Assembly: GCA_040220235.1 (NCBI GenBank)
Contig: JAVJTO010000051.1
Strand: one strand, 5' to 3'
From: Coleofasciculus sp. B1-GNL1-01
Lineage (GTDB): Bacteria; Cyanobacteriota; Cyanobacteriia; Cyanobacteriales; Coleofasciculaceae
Length of the DNA stretch: 64,000 nucleotides
The notes beneath the pieces were generated by a model, which ran no database searches, was not told the DNA's origin, and worked only from the letters and a program-made list of their open reading frames with translations. Positions 30,235-40,568 of this stretch are shown here, one piece after another; positions within the stretch are counted from its first letter, which is position 1; each line of letters opens with the position of its first letter. Both the position numbers and the translations under genes were made by a program.

Positions 30235-31224
30235 ATGCCTATGTTTCCCATTCATCGTCCTCGCCGTCTCCGCCAAACCACCCAGTTGCGTCGCATGGTG
30301 CGTGAAAATGTGGTCACAACCAGCGATCTGATCTACCCCTTGTTTGCTGTACCCGGTGAGGGAATCGCCCAAGAGGTCAAATCTATGCCAGGAGTCTACC
30401 AACTATCAGTAGACAAAATCGTGGCAGAGGCGAAGGAAGTTTACGATCTGGGGATTCCCTCGATTATTCTATTTGGTATCCCGGATAATAAAGATGTCGA
30501 AGCCACGGGCGCATGGCATGATTGTGGCATTGTCCAGAAAGCCGCCACAGCCGTTAAAGAAGCCGTACCCGAATTGGTGATTATTGCCGATACCTGTTTG
30601 TGTGAATACACCAGTCATGGACATTGTGGGTATCTGGAAGTGGGTGATTTAAGCGGACGAGTTCTCAATGATCCTACCTTAGAACTGCTGAAGAAAACCG
30701 CCGTCTCTCAAGCCAAAGCTGGGGCAGATATTATTGCGCCATCGGGGATGATGGATGGTTTTGTCCAGGCAATTCGCACAGGATTGGATGAAGCTGGATT
30801 CCAGGATACGCCGATTTTGTCGTATGCGGCGAAGTATGCCTCTGCCTATTATGGACCCTTTCGGGATGCTGCTGAGTCAGCGCCACAGTTTGGCGATCGC
30901 CGCACCTATCAAATGGACCCCGCCAATAGTCAGGAAGCCCTCAAGGAAATAGAACTGGATATTGCTGAAGGGGCAGATATGCTAATGATTAAGCCCGCAT
31001 TAGCGTATATGGATATTATCTGGCGGGTGAAGGAGGCTACGAATTTACCCGTTGCCGCGTACAATGTATCGGGTGAATATTCCATGGTGAAAGCGGCTGC
31101 CCTGAATGGCTGGATTGACGAACAGAAGGTGGTGATGGAAACATTAACCGGATTCAAGCGATCGGGTGCTGACTTGATTCTGACGTACCATGCCAAAGAC
31201 GCCGCCCGTTGGCTACAGGATTGA
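30235..31224 (+). CDS. hemB: Porphobilinogen synthase (ALA dehydratase)
   Basis: [49 protein letters not shown]. Confidence 0.98.
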   Translation: MPMFPIHRPRRLRQTTQLRRMVRENVVTTSDLIYPLFAVPGEGIAQEVKSMPGVYQLSVDKIVAEAKEVYDLGIPSIILFGIPDNKDVEATGAWHDCGIVQKAATAVKEAVPELVIIADTCLCEYTSHGHCGYLEVGDLSGRVLNDPTLELLKKTAVSQAKAGADIIAPSGMMDGFVQAIRTGLDEAGFQDTPILSYAAKYASAYYGPFRDAAESAPQFGDRRTYQMDPANSQEALKEIELDIAEGADMLMIKPALAYMDIIWRVKEATNLPVAAYNVSGEYSMVKAAALNGWIDEQKVVMETLTGFKRSGADLILTYHAKDAARWLQD

Positions 31225-31271
31225 TTGATCAAGTAAGTAGGGGCACGAGATGTCGTGTCCCTACCGTGGAA

Positions 31272-31598
31272 TTATTGCAGAATTCGTTCGACATCACTTT
31301 TGAGTTTGGGTAGCTCATGTTCTACAATTGACCAAACAATATCAGTATCGACTCGAAAATATTCATGAACTAAAATATTCCTAAAATCGGCAATATCTTG
31401 CCAAGGAACTTCGGGATACTGGGTAATAAAGGATTCTGAAATAGACGCAGATGCTTCTCCAATAATTTGCAAGTGATGGATTATCCAAATCTGGATGAGT
31501 TCATCATTTTCAAAGACTTGCTTTCCGCGCACGGCATATTTTTCAATCTTGGCGATCCCGTCTTGAATATCTCGCAGTCGTTCGCGATCATCCCTCAT
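31272..31598 (-). CDS. HepT-like HEPN ribonuclease toxin (DUF86)
   Basis: Start MRDDRERL overlaps the antitoxin stop (ATGA); IIGEA, PEVPW and RNILVHEY (RX4HXY). Confidence 0.9.
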   Translation of the reverse strand: MRDDRERLRDIQDGIAKIEKYAVRGKQVFENDELIQIWIIHHLQIIGEASASISESFITQYPEVPWQDIADFRNILVHEYFRVDTDIVWSIVEHELPKLKSDVERILQ

Positions 31599-31888
31599 AG
31601 CGGTATTGCCTCTTTTAGCACCCGTTCGCGGATGCGTTCTTTCAAGCCTTTTTCTGTGACGACATCGACGTTGCGACCTAGCAATTTTTCTAAGTCTCGA
31701 ATGAATCGCACCGGAAACCAAGGGCTAAGGTTTTCTCCTAAATCAATCAGAAAATCAATGTCGCTGTCTTGGTCGGCTTCTCCCCGTGCTACCGACCCAA
31801 AAATCCGGATATTACAAGCACCGTGTTGGGTAGCAAGGTTTAATATTTCTTCTCGCTTTTGTGTGATTAATTCTTCCAGTTCCATCAT
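31595..31888 (-). CDS. Minimal nucleotidyltransferase (MntA-like) antitoxin
   Basis: FGSVARGEADQDSDIDFL (GSX10DXD), LGRNVDVV. Confidence 0.92.
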   Translation of the reverse strand: MMELEELITQKREEILNLATQHGACNIRIFGSVARGEADQDSDIDFLIDLGENLSPWFPVRFIRDLEKLLGRNVDVVTEKGLKERIRERVLKEAIPL

Positions 31889-31937
31889 TTTCTAAGGAAT
31901 CGGACAAAATAAAGTTTTACCTGTGAGCAGTATACCT

Positions 31938-32272
31938 TCATGAAGCAGCAGCAAGGCGTTCTCGAATACTGGGTGAACGAAAGCCCAGAACAATATCTTG
32001 TTTGGGGATGCCACGTTGAATGAGTTCGTGGTCGATGACAATCTCAGTGCTATTGTGCTGAATCCAGACTTTGCCATCAATACACTGACAAAACTTTTCA
32101 CTTCTACTGCAATTTTACGACCTTCTTTTTCGGCAGCGATCGCTTCTTGTGCTGCAAGGTCTATATAAATGTCAGCAATACCATAGCGCAAACGATAGGG
32201 GTCATGGGTGATTGTCCAGCTGTCCTTTTGTAGAGCCAGTTTCACAATATCGTGAAAAATATCTTTTGCCAT
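31938..32272 (-). pseudogene. xisH'-'xisI deletion fusion, out of frame
   Basis: MAKDIFHDIVKLALQKDSWTITHDPY..IDLAA..IAVEVKSF (XisH N-half); from about 32084 another frame gives IDGKVWIQHNSTE..LIQRGIPKQDIVLGF (XisI C-half). Confidence 0.88.
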
Positions 32273-34080
32273 TACCGCCACCCCAACCAGCGCAGTACAG
32301 GAACCAGCAGATAACAACTGACGCCTAACCAAAAGCCTATCGTAATCCCAAGTAAACCAAAAAAACTAATGGTATTGATAAAATCTAACCAACTGCCATC
32401 GGAGAAGGAAAAGATGTGAATTAATACCTCCAATGGCAAAATATTTAACCGAACTAAGCCGGAAAATATCACACCCGTACCCGCTGCGGCTACGGCGGCA
32501 TGAACCAGGTAATGACTGGGTAAACCTAATCCTAACACCAAGGGAATAACCGCAATAGCTGTGACTAAACCCAGTAACCGATCCGCGATCGCATACGATA
32601 ACGATACCTGCAAAAAATCCCCCAATCCTGTCAATTGTTTCCTAGCTAAAGCGGAGATCGACGCCTGCCAAATAAACCAACCCACACCATAGCCGAAAAT
32701 CCCGGTTATCCCAGCAATAATCCGCCGTTTTTGTTGACCGAATCCTCCCGCCTCCGTTAATCCCCAAGCCGTCCCCAAACCCGCACAAGCGAACATCAGC
32801 AGTTCCCGCCAGGGGATAATTTGAATTTCGGGAACGATTAACGTCCATTGTCCGATCATCCAATCGGCAAAGCGATCGCCTATAATCGTCCAGTTAATCA
32901 AAGCAAATCCCGCGATCGCGCCAAAGGCTGCACCCATTCCCGCCATAACCATTTCCCAGGTGGTATCTAAACAAGCCAGAACCATGCTGATAAAGACTCG
33001 CCACATCCAACGCACTAGGCTAAAGATAATTTCAGCGCAGGTAATCAGAACCCGACTAGAAATCTCCTGTGCTGTTCCGGCAGCTTTAGCCAGCGTCTGA
33101 GATAATGAGGAAGACGATTTTCCTTTAAAACGGCAACTGACAACCAAACGCCGTTGAATCTCGGCAGCTTTAGTGGGTCTATGGTGAGGATCAAGGCGAA
33201 TCATACTATCGAGTAAGTTAGCTAAACCCCGACGGACTTTAGTGCGATCGCGCCAGTGAAATTCTCCCGTCGCTGGATCTTGTAACTCTGCCAAATCTTG
33301 ACCCGTGAGTAATTGAATCATGGTACGCCCTAAGGCATAAAAATCAGCCCTTGGTCCCACTACATCCCCCGCAATCTGTTCAGGGGGACTGTAACCCGGA
33401 GAAATTAAGCGGGTGGAACGATTCTCTTTCCCCACAGGTATTGCACCAATTTGTTTCGCGCCGCCAAAATCAATCGCCACCAACTGACCCGTTCCCTCTC
33501 GTACCATTAAGTTTGAGGGTTTAATGTCACGGTGAATAATTCCCAAATCATGTAACTCCTGGAGAATATCAGCCGCTTGATACAGCCAATTCATAATCAA
33601 CATCTCCGGACACCCCTGAGGGTAACGGTTTAAGATCGCCTCCAGCGTCTGACCATTTATTTTTTCCATAACCAGACAAGGGAGTACGCGCTGTGGGCAG
33701 GATCTCAGACGTATAGTGAAATAGGCATCAGACTCCACTTTAGGTACACCCGGATGTTGCAGACGTTGCAATACGGCTGCTTCTTGTTCGAATAGCTGCA
33801 ACGCCTTGGGTGATGTTTCTACCAATACCTTCAATACTTTTTCCGTTTGATCCTGCTGATCCCAAATCGTGTAAATTGCCGCAAATCCCCCTAAACCCAA
33901 ACGCTGAAGAGGAATGTAGCGATTATTTAGCCGCAGCATCGATCCACAACTGCTACAAAACTTAAAGTCCCCAGATTGAGGATAAGGACGGGGGCAGTCG
34001 GGATTAATACAATAGACCGACTCGATAAATAACTGATGCACGATCACCAGCGATAGACGGTGCCTCTTGATTCTACACAA
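32272..34080 (-). CDS. Ser/Thr protein kinase with N-terminal 4-Cys motif and a multi-TM C-terminus
   Basis: YCINPDC..FCSSCG, LGLGGFA, HRDIKPSN, IDFG, GYSPPEQ; exact start uncertain. Confidence 0.92.
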   Translation of the reverse strand: MCRIKRHRLSLVIVHQLFIESVYCINPDCPRPYPQSGDFKFCSSCGSMLRLNNRYIPLQRLGLGGFAAIYTIWDQQDQTEKVLKVLVETSPKALQLFEQEAAVLQRLQHPGVPKVESDAYFTIRLRSCPQRVLPCLVMEKINGQTLEAILNRYPQGCPEMLIMNWLYQAADILQELHDLGIIHRDIKPSNLMVREGTGQLVAIDFGGAKQIGAIPVGKENRSTRLISPGYSPPEQIAGDVVGPRADFYALGRTMIQLLTGQDLAELQDPATGEFHWRDRTKVRRGLANLLDSMIRLDPHHRPTKAAEIQRRLVVSCRFKGKSSSSLSQTLAKAAGTAQEISSRVLITCAEIIFSLVRWMWRVFISMVLACLDTTWEMVMAGMGAAFGAIAGFALINWTIIGDRFADWMIGQWTLIVPEIQIIPWRELLMFACAGLGTAWGLTEAGGFGQQKRRIIAGITGIFGYGVGWFIWQASISALARKQLTGLGDFLQVSLSYAIADRLLGLVTAIAVIPLVLGLGLPSHYLVHAAVAAAGTGVIFSGLVRLNILPLEVLIHIFSFSDGSWLDFINTISFFGLLGITIGFWLGVSCYLLVPVLRWLGWR

Positions 34081-34199
34081 TAAATTCCCCAGTCCTGTCC
34101 GTCATGGGGACTTAACGCTTTAATTAAAAATTAAAAGTAATAAATTTATATTATATCATCCCAGGGCATCTCCGATTTTAGCGGCTAAAAGTTTTGTTA

Positions 34200-34240
34200 T
34201 AAGTAGGTGGACAAAATTAAAGTTAAAGGTGGAGAACTCG
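34200..34240 (+). mobile_element. Left end of the taagtaggtgg MITE family; right end not found
   Basis: taagtaggtggacaaaattaaagttaaaggtggag matches the copies at 2049 and 63835. Confidence 0.6.
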
Positions 34241-34773
34241 CTGCCTGAAAAAAAGTAAGCTACGTCCTTTGGAGATCCAGCATTTCAAACCCCCCTTTTT
34301 AACGATGGGCTTTCTTTACTCCTTCTGTCTTTTGCCTGATGCCGACCCAAACAAGATAAGTTAACCTGCGTTGATTATCAGGGGAGCATCCTCCCCAGTT
34401 CACCCGACAATAATATATCTGCCAAAAGAAAAGAAAGATTGCCTCTTGTTGCTCATCTTCACATTATTTTCACAATTAAAGGCTATAGTCTGCGCTTTCT
34501 TGCAGCTAAAAGACAGAAAACACCATCAATATAAAAGAAAGATAAATTACCGTCTAGCAATAGTATAAAGATTGCGTATAGATTTTTTTACTTTACGAAA
34601 ATCAAGAAAGATTAATGTTATTAATTTAAATAAGCGAATCGATTGTGAAGTTTAGATGAGTCATAGTCGATTTTAGTGTGTATGCCGCTCCTTGTGGTCA
34701 GCGATCGCGAATAGCCATCCAAAGATGACTGCTTTCTGGAAACTAACTGATTACACTGATTAATCCAAACGTT

Positions 34774-37700
34774 ATGCAACTAGACGCCAACCTCGCTGGG
34801 ACTGACGATACATCAATGATGAGTATGCAACATAATCACAATCTTCCTCATCAAGACCATCCAGGCAAGCAAACCGAACATCTAGAACTATTGGATTTAG
34901 TTCCTCATTCAGCCGCAACTCATGTCGCTATAAACGATGGGTCATGGTTTGATCCAAATACATGGGAGCAAGGTCAAGTTCCTGGAACTGATGCTAAAGT
35001 CGTCATTTCTGAAGGCGTTCATGTCACCTACGACGCCGAGAGTGACACTCGTCTAGAAACCGTGCGCGTGGACGGAACATTGGAATTCGCCCACAACCGC
35101 AATACCAAAATCGTCGTAGACACATTTATCGCATCACCGACAAGTACATTAACGATTGGTAGTGAAGCCAATCCGATTCAAGCCAATAAAACTGCCCGAA
35201 TTGTCATTGCCAACGATGGAGAAATTGATGCCAATTGGGACTCCACACTCATTAGTCGTGGCGTTATCACTCACGGTCAAGTTAGAATCCATGGTGCAGA
35301 AAAACTCGATTTTATATCGCTGCAAACAGACGCATCAGCCGGTGATAATGAACTGGTGTTAAATCTGCCCGATGGCATGACTACACCTGCTGGCTGGCAA
35401 GTTGGGGATCAATTAGTCTTAGGTGGAACATCCTACAATCCCGACGGTTCGGATGAAGATAACAGTCGGTTCCAAGATGAAGTCCTAACCATCACCGAAA
35501 TTAACGGCAACCGGATTCAATTTACCAACAACGACATTACTTCTGGTGATAACACCGTACTCCGATTTGACCACCAGCGCCCCGAAGGATTCGAGGACGA
35601 GGACTTAAACCTTTACATCGCCAACACCAGTCGGAACGTTATCTTCGAGACCGAAAACGCTGAGACAGTCCCCACTCAGCAACGGGGTCATGTGATGTTC
35701 ATGCATAACCCCGATGTCGAGGTACAAAACGCCGGATTTTACAACTTGGGACGGACGGATAAAAATCAGCTTGTTGATGACCCAGGAGAAAATGTCGATG
35801 GTTCGCCCGGTTCCGGAACCAATCCCCGTGGGCGATATGCATTGCATCTGCATCGCACTGGGGCTGAGGATATCAACAGTACACCGTCTCTAGTCAAAGG
35901 TAACGCCATTGTCGGCAGTCCGGGGTGGGGAATTGTGCATCATGACAGCCACGCCGTCTTGGAAGACAATGTGGTGTTCGATGTTGTTGGGTCTGGAATT
36001 GCCGCAGAAGCCGGAAATGAACTCGGTGCATGGCGCAATAACATTACCATCAAAACTACAGGCGATGACCGTCCCCAAGGAGATTTAGATAACTCAGATC
36101 GTGCTGCTTTCTTTGACTTCGGCTTTAACGGTGAGGGGTACTGGGTGCAAGGAGCTGCCCAAGTGGAGATGGTTGACAATATTGCCATTAGTGCAGCAGG
36201 TAGCGGGATCAATATTTTCAGTCATGCGAATGGTATAAGTAGTGTCAGAGATGCTGATAATGTCGCAATCGCTAACTTGCCCCCAGAACGACAATTTCTC
36301 TACCAAGCTTTTGAGGGTAATGATGATCCCAATACAATCGATGTGGCGAATGTACCCCTGCGTCGGTTATCAGGCTTCGAGAGCTATAACTCGGATGTGG
36401 GGATCATCTTCTGGAAACACATGTGGAACAACGATGGTCAGTTGGCGTTTCAGGCTGGCGGTTTGAAAGAACCTCATGATGCTCGTTCCCTGGTTGATAA
36501 TTTCAAACTTTGGAATATCCATGGTGAAGGGATTTTTACTAAGTACAGCACACAGATTGATTTTGTCAATGGGCTGATTGTTGGTAACGTTGAGAAACCC
36601 GTTTCCGTGGAATGGAGATCTCAGAACGCAGGTCGTGGTCACGGTATCAGTGGCAACACTCCTGCTCAAGACTTTTTGTATAAAAATCTTCGCATTGAAG
36701 GCTTCGAGCAAGGGATTCGCTTACCGCGAGAGGGAGATTACAACAATCCGATATCATTCCTTGGCTCACGTCTTGAAGACAGCTATTTAGCAAACAACAC
36801 CAATAACCTATCAAAGAAGCGGCATTCCTTTGGTGACCCAAAGGCTTTCCCGGATTACTTTGAGATTGTAAACACTCAGTTTGAAAGTTCTGCTTCTAAC
36901 CTTGCTCCCACTGCTGCTTTCAGTTATGAGTCCGTTGGTGATCAAGGTGTTGTCACCTTTGATGCTAGCGATTCATTCGACAGCGACCCATCCACCTCAC
37001 TGGAACTTGCTGGTAACGCGATCGCGAGTTACGGTTGGGATTTTGATAATGATGGAAGTATCGACGAATTCGGTCGCCAAGTCAATCACCAATTTGACTC
37101 AATCGGTTCTCACAATGTCAGCCTGACGGTTTGGGATAGCCAAGGCGCAACCAGTACCCTAACTCAACAGGTTCAGGTCATCCCAACACCTTATCCAAAC
37201 TTAATCACAGACAGCACCTTTAGCGTTTCTCAGGAATTTGGTGGAGCTGGCCATGCCTTTAACAGCTCACGCGCAGGAGAGGGTTGGATTGCCTCGAGAT
37301 GGTCACTAGATCCTGACATTGGCGATGATGGTGCTGCTGTTGTCTCAGGGGGTCCTGCGAATGTGGGAATCGGTCAAATATTTCTGGATAAGGGTGTTCG
37401 GCGGGGTCAGCAGAGTCTGAGTATTGATATCAAAAACACCGAAGGCACAGATAAGGCAAATGAAATTACGGTTAGTGTCTGGGGTGTTGATGGAGAATTT
37501 AATAATAAAGTATGGCGTCTTGATGGTCCAAACCAAGCGGGAGCAATTCCGATGACCAAGGAGATGCTCTTACAGCAAACTGTCGGGGGTTCAACTTTCG
37601 ACTGGACTACTTTCAACTGGGATGTGGACTTCGGTGAGGGGTATCAATTCCTAGTGTTCCAAGTGGCTGTCGATGATCCTGACCTAGAGAAAGGCGACTT

Positions 37701-39525
37701 CATTGCCATTGACAATATCTCTATCGACGATGATCTTCCTACTAATAGTAGCGGGAATGGTCTAAAAGCCGAATATTACAATAACCGCGATTTTACCGAC
37801 TTAGCCTTAACTCGCACTGATGAAACTGTGGACTTTAACTGGGGTTCAGGTTCACCCGATGCGACGATAGACGCCAATACCTACTCGGTACGCTGGACAG
37901 GTTCAGTCGCACCTCTCTACTCAGAAACCTACGAATTCTTCACCAATTCTGATGATGGTGTACGCCTGTGGGTGGATGACCAACTACTGATTGACAATTG
38001 GACAAATCACGCGGCGACAGAAAATAGTGGCACAATTGACCTGCAAGCGGGTCAACAGTATGACATCCGCATGGACTACTACGAAAATAAAGGCAAATCA
38101 GTAGCACAATTATTGTGGTCAAGTGAGAATCAAAGTAAGGAGATTATTCCGGAATCTCAGCTTTATTCTCCTGCTGTTGATACGCTCAGTCCAGATGTGA
38201 GTGGTAACAGTCAAGATAAGGAGATTGTTCCGGAAGCTCAGCTTTATTCCCCTGCTGTTGATACTCCCAGTCCAGAGGTTAGTGGTAATGGTACAGGGTT
38301 AACAGCCGAATACTACAATAACCGCGATTTTACCGACTTAGCCCTAACTCGCACCGATGAAACTGTGGACTTTAACTGGGGTTCAGGTTCACCCGATGCG
38401 ACGATAGACGCCAATACCTACTCGGTACGCTGGACGGGTTCAGTCGCACCCCTCTACTCAGAAACCTACGAATTCTTCACCAATTCTGATGATGGTGTAC
38501 GCCTGTGGGTGGATGACCAGCTACTGATTGACAATTGGACAAATCACGCGGCGACAGAAAATAGTGGCACAATTGACCTGCAAGGGGGTCAACAGTATGA
38601 CATCCGCATGGACTACTACGAAAACAAAGGGAAATCGGTAGCACAATTGTTGTGGTCAAGTGAGAGTCAAAGTAAAGAGATTATTCCGGAATCTCAGCTT
38701 TATTCTCCTGCTGTTGATACGCCCAGTCCAGATGTGAGTGGTAACGGTACAGGTTTAACTGCCGAATATTACAACAACCGCGATTTTACCGACTTAGCCT
38801 TAACTCGCACTGATGAAACTGTGGACTTTAACTGGGGTTCAGGTTCACCCGATGCGGCGATAGATTCCAATACCTACTCGGTACGCTGGACGGGGTTTGT
38901 GGAACCGCTTTATTCCGAAACCTATCAGTTCAAAACCTCTTCTGATGATGGGGTGCGATTGTGGGTAAATGACCAGCTACTGGTTGATAATTGGACAGAC
39001 CATGCGGTTACCGATAATCGTGGCACGATTGACCTAGAGGCGGGACAACAGTACGAAATTCGCATGGAGTATTATGAAAACTGGGGGAAATCAGTGGCAC
39101 AACTGGCTTGGTCGAGTGCGAGTCAATCGGAGGAGATTATCCCTCAAAGTCAGCTTTATGCGGCTAATTCCAGTGATTTTTCGGTGAATGCAATGATGCA
39201 AAATACTGCTGATTCTTTGACAACGGTTGCGTCGGGAGGTGACGAACTTTTAGGCAATACAGGTGTTGAGGGTTTCGACAATGATGGACATTCGCATCTG
39301 CTTGTAACTGAAGAAAATGGCAGTCAGGAGAGCTTTGATCCTTCAACTGAACAAATGACTTTAGCTAGTCATCAAGATGTATCAGACTCGTTTACTGCTA
39401 GTGAAGTGACGCCGATTAATCTGACAAACAGCATCGGTATCGGAGATCCTTTCACGAATGAGACTGTTGAATCTCTGATTGAAATGCCTCAAGCTGAACT
39501 GCTGACGGTTCCAACGCTTGTGTAA
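34774..39525 (+). CDS. Large extracellular protein: G8 domain, parallel beta-helix, PKD and 3x PA14
   Basis: GSWFDPNTW..VPG (G8); GRYALHLH..GIVHH (CEMIP/TMEM2-like beta-helix); APTAAF..FDASDSFD..SYGWDFD (PKD); three GLxAEYY..SVRWTG..SDDGVRLWV domains (PA14). Confidence 0.88.
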   Translation: MQLDANLAGTDDTSMMSMQHNHNLPHQDHPGKQTEHLELLDLVPHSAATHVAINDGSWFDPNTWEQGQVPGTDAKVVISEGVHVTYDAESDTRLETVRVDGTLEFAHNRNTKIVVDTFIASPTSTLTIGSEANPIQANKTARIVIANDGEIDANWDSTLISRGVITHGQVRIHGAEKLDFISLQTDASAGDNELVLNLPDGMTTPAGWQVGDQLVLGGTSYNPDGSDEDNSRFQDEVLTITEINGNRIQFTNNDITSGDNTVLRFDHQRPEGFEDEDLNLYIANTSRNVIFETENAETVPTQQRGHVMFMHNPDVEVQNAGFYNLGRTDKNQLVDDPGENVDGSPGSGTNPRGRYALHLHRTGAEDINSTPSLVKGNAIVGSPGWGIVHHDSHAVLEDNVVFDVVGSGIAAEAGNELGAWRNNITIKTTGDDRPQGDLDNSDRAAFFDFGFNGEGYWVQGAAQVEMVDNIAISAAGSGINIFSHANGISSVRDADNVAIANLPPERQFLYQAFEGNDDPNTIDVANVPLRRLSGFESYNSDVGIIFWKHMWNNDGQLAFQAGGLKEPHDARSLVDNFKLWNIHGEGIFTKYSTQIDFVNGLIVGNVEKPVSVEWRSQNAGRGHGISGNTPAQDFLYKNLRIEGFEQGIRLPREGDYNNPISFLGSRLEDSYLANNTNNLSKKRHSFGDPKAFPDYFEIVNTQFESSASNLAPTAAFSYESVGDQGVVTFDASDSFDSDPSTSLELAGNAIASYGWDFDNDGSIDEFGRQVNHQFDSIGSHNVSLTVWDSQGATSTLTQQVQVIPTPYPNLITDSTFSVSQEFGGAGHAFNSSRAGEGWIASRWSLDPDIGDDGAAVVSGGPANVGIGQIFLDKGVRRGQQSLSIDIKNTEGTDKANEITVSVWGVDGEFNNKVWRLDGPNQAGAIPMTKEMLLQQTVGGSTFDWTTFNWDVDFGEGYQFLVFQVAVDDPDLEKGDFIAIDNISIDDDLPTNSSGNGLKAEYYNNRDFTDLALTRTDETVDFNWGSGSPDATIDANTYSVRWTGSVAPLYSETYEFFTNSDDGVRLWVDDQLLIDNWTNHAATENSGTIDLQAGQQYDIRMDYYENKGKSVAQLLWSSENQSKEIIPESQLYSPAVDTLSPDVSGNSQDKEIVPEAQLYSPAVDTPSPEVSGNGTGLTAEYYNNRDFTDLALTRTDETVDFNWGSGSPDATIDANTYSVRWTGSVAPLYSETYEFFTNSDDGVRLWVDDQLLIDNWTNHAATENSGTIDLQGGQQYDIRMDYYENKGKSVAQLLWSSESQSKEIIPESQLYSPAVDTPSPDVSGNGTGLTAEYYNNRDFTDLALTRTDETVDFNWGSGSPDAAIDSNTYSVRWTGFVEPLYSETYQFKTSSDDGVRLWVNDQLLVDNWTDHAVTDNRGTIDLEAGQQYEIRMEYYENWGKSVAQLAWSSASQSEEIIPQSQLYAANSSDFSVNAMMQNTADSLTTVASGGDELLGNTGVEGFDNDGHSHLLVTEENGSQESFDPSTEQMTLASHQDVSDSFTASEVTPINLTNSIGIGDPFTNETVESLIEMPQAELLTVPTLV
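37768..39160 (+). repeat. Three tandem PA14-coding DNA repeats
   Basis: Units begin at gccgaata 37768, 38305 and 38761 (offsets 537 and 456 bp); units 1 and 2 are nearly identical at DNA level. Confidence 0.9.
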
Positions 39526-39555
39526 TATCAGATTCGGTTCAGTCTACTGCTAGAA

Positions 39556-39582
39556 TAGGGCACGGCAATGCCGTGTCCCTAC
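39556..39582. repeat. REP-like hairpin between convergent genes, possibly acting as a terminator
   Basis: tagggcacggcaatgccgtgtccctac; sister copy gtaggggcacgagatgtcgtgtccctac at 31237 after hemB. Confidence 0.65.
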
Positions 39583-39590
39583 CCTTCTAC

Positions 39591-40427
39591 CTAAATATGG
39601 GGATCTAAAGCGTCTCTTAAACCATCTCCGAGTAAATTAAAGGCTAAAACAGTTAGGGTAATAAACAAACCAGGAAACAAAATTGTCCAGGGAGATGATA
39701 GGGAATAGCCGCCCTTAAATGCATCGGATAACATCGTTCCTAATTCCGGCGTGGGAGGTTGTGCGCCTAACCCTAAAAAACCTAATCCCGCTGCTTCTAA
39801 GGTAGCCGTACCAATAGAAAGAGTGGCTTGAACAACTAAAGGACTTAAGCTAGCTGGTAAGATATGATAAACAATAATCCGTCCCGACGTAGCACCAAAC
39901 GATCGCACGGTTTGCACAAAGTCCTGTTCCCGCAAGGATAGCACCATACTGCGAGTCAAACGGATAAAGATGGGGACTTGCACCACACCCACAGCAATCA
40001 TCACACTGGAGATACTAGGACCGGTTACCGTGACGATCGCGATCGCAAGTAGAATTGAGGGAAAGGCTAACAGAATATCAGTGAACCAGCCAATCACGGT
40101 TTCTAACCCGCCTCGAAAATAACCCGCGATTAACCCCAACACAACTCCCACAATTAACCCTAATCCCACGGAAACTAAACCGATAAACAAAGACGTGCGT
40201 AACCCATACCATACCAGGTCAAGAATATCTCGTCCTAAACCATCAGTGCCAAACCAATGATCCAAGCTGGGGGGTTGTAACCGGGCGGTATAATTGCGAT
40301 CTGTTGCGGGATTATAAGGATTGAGAATCGGTGCTAGCAGCGCCAATATGATGATGGTGAACGTGATTCCTAGACCAATTTTGCCAGATGTTGATTGCCC
40401 AAATCGTTTAACGGCGTTGTTTTCCAT
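39591..40427 (-). CDS. dppC: Dipeptide/oligopeptide ABC permease (DppC/OppC)
   Basis: HWFGTDGLGRD, AFPSILLAI, GLGFLGLGAQPPTPELG, FNLLGDGLRDALDP. Confidence 0.9.
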   Translation of the reverse strand: MENNAVKRFGQSTSGKIGLGITFTIIILALLAPILNPYNPATDRNYTARLQPPSLDHWFGTDGLGRDILDLVWYGLRTSLFIGLVSVGLGLIVGVVLGLIAGYFRGGLETVIGWFTDILLAFPSILLAIAIVTVTGPSISSVMIAVGVVQVPIFIRLTRSMVLSLREQDFVQTVRSFGATSGRIIVYHILPASLSPLVVQATLSIGTATLEAAGLGFLGLGAQPPTPELGTMLSDAFKGGYSLSSPWTILFPGLFITLTVLAFNLLGDGLRDALDPHI

Positions 40428-40568
40428 GGATGCTGGTAAGGGGGAACGGGAAATGGAGAGTCGGTGTTGTAGTTTTACCTAATCACCCCACACTCCATAC
40501 CGTGACTACTGTTTAAGTAGCTTACCTGTCCTTTTTGGTTTATGGCGCTAAAGCGCAACTACGAACAA

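Noticed and set aside
31599..31721. Extended N-terminus for the HEPN toxin
   Set aside because: Overlaps the MNT gene; the ATGA-coupled start at 31598 fits the family
31892..32332. 146-aa intact XisH-like CDS
   Set aside because: Read-through of a xisH/xisI deletion fusion; treated as a pseudogene
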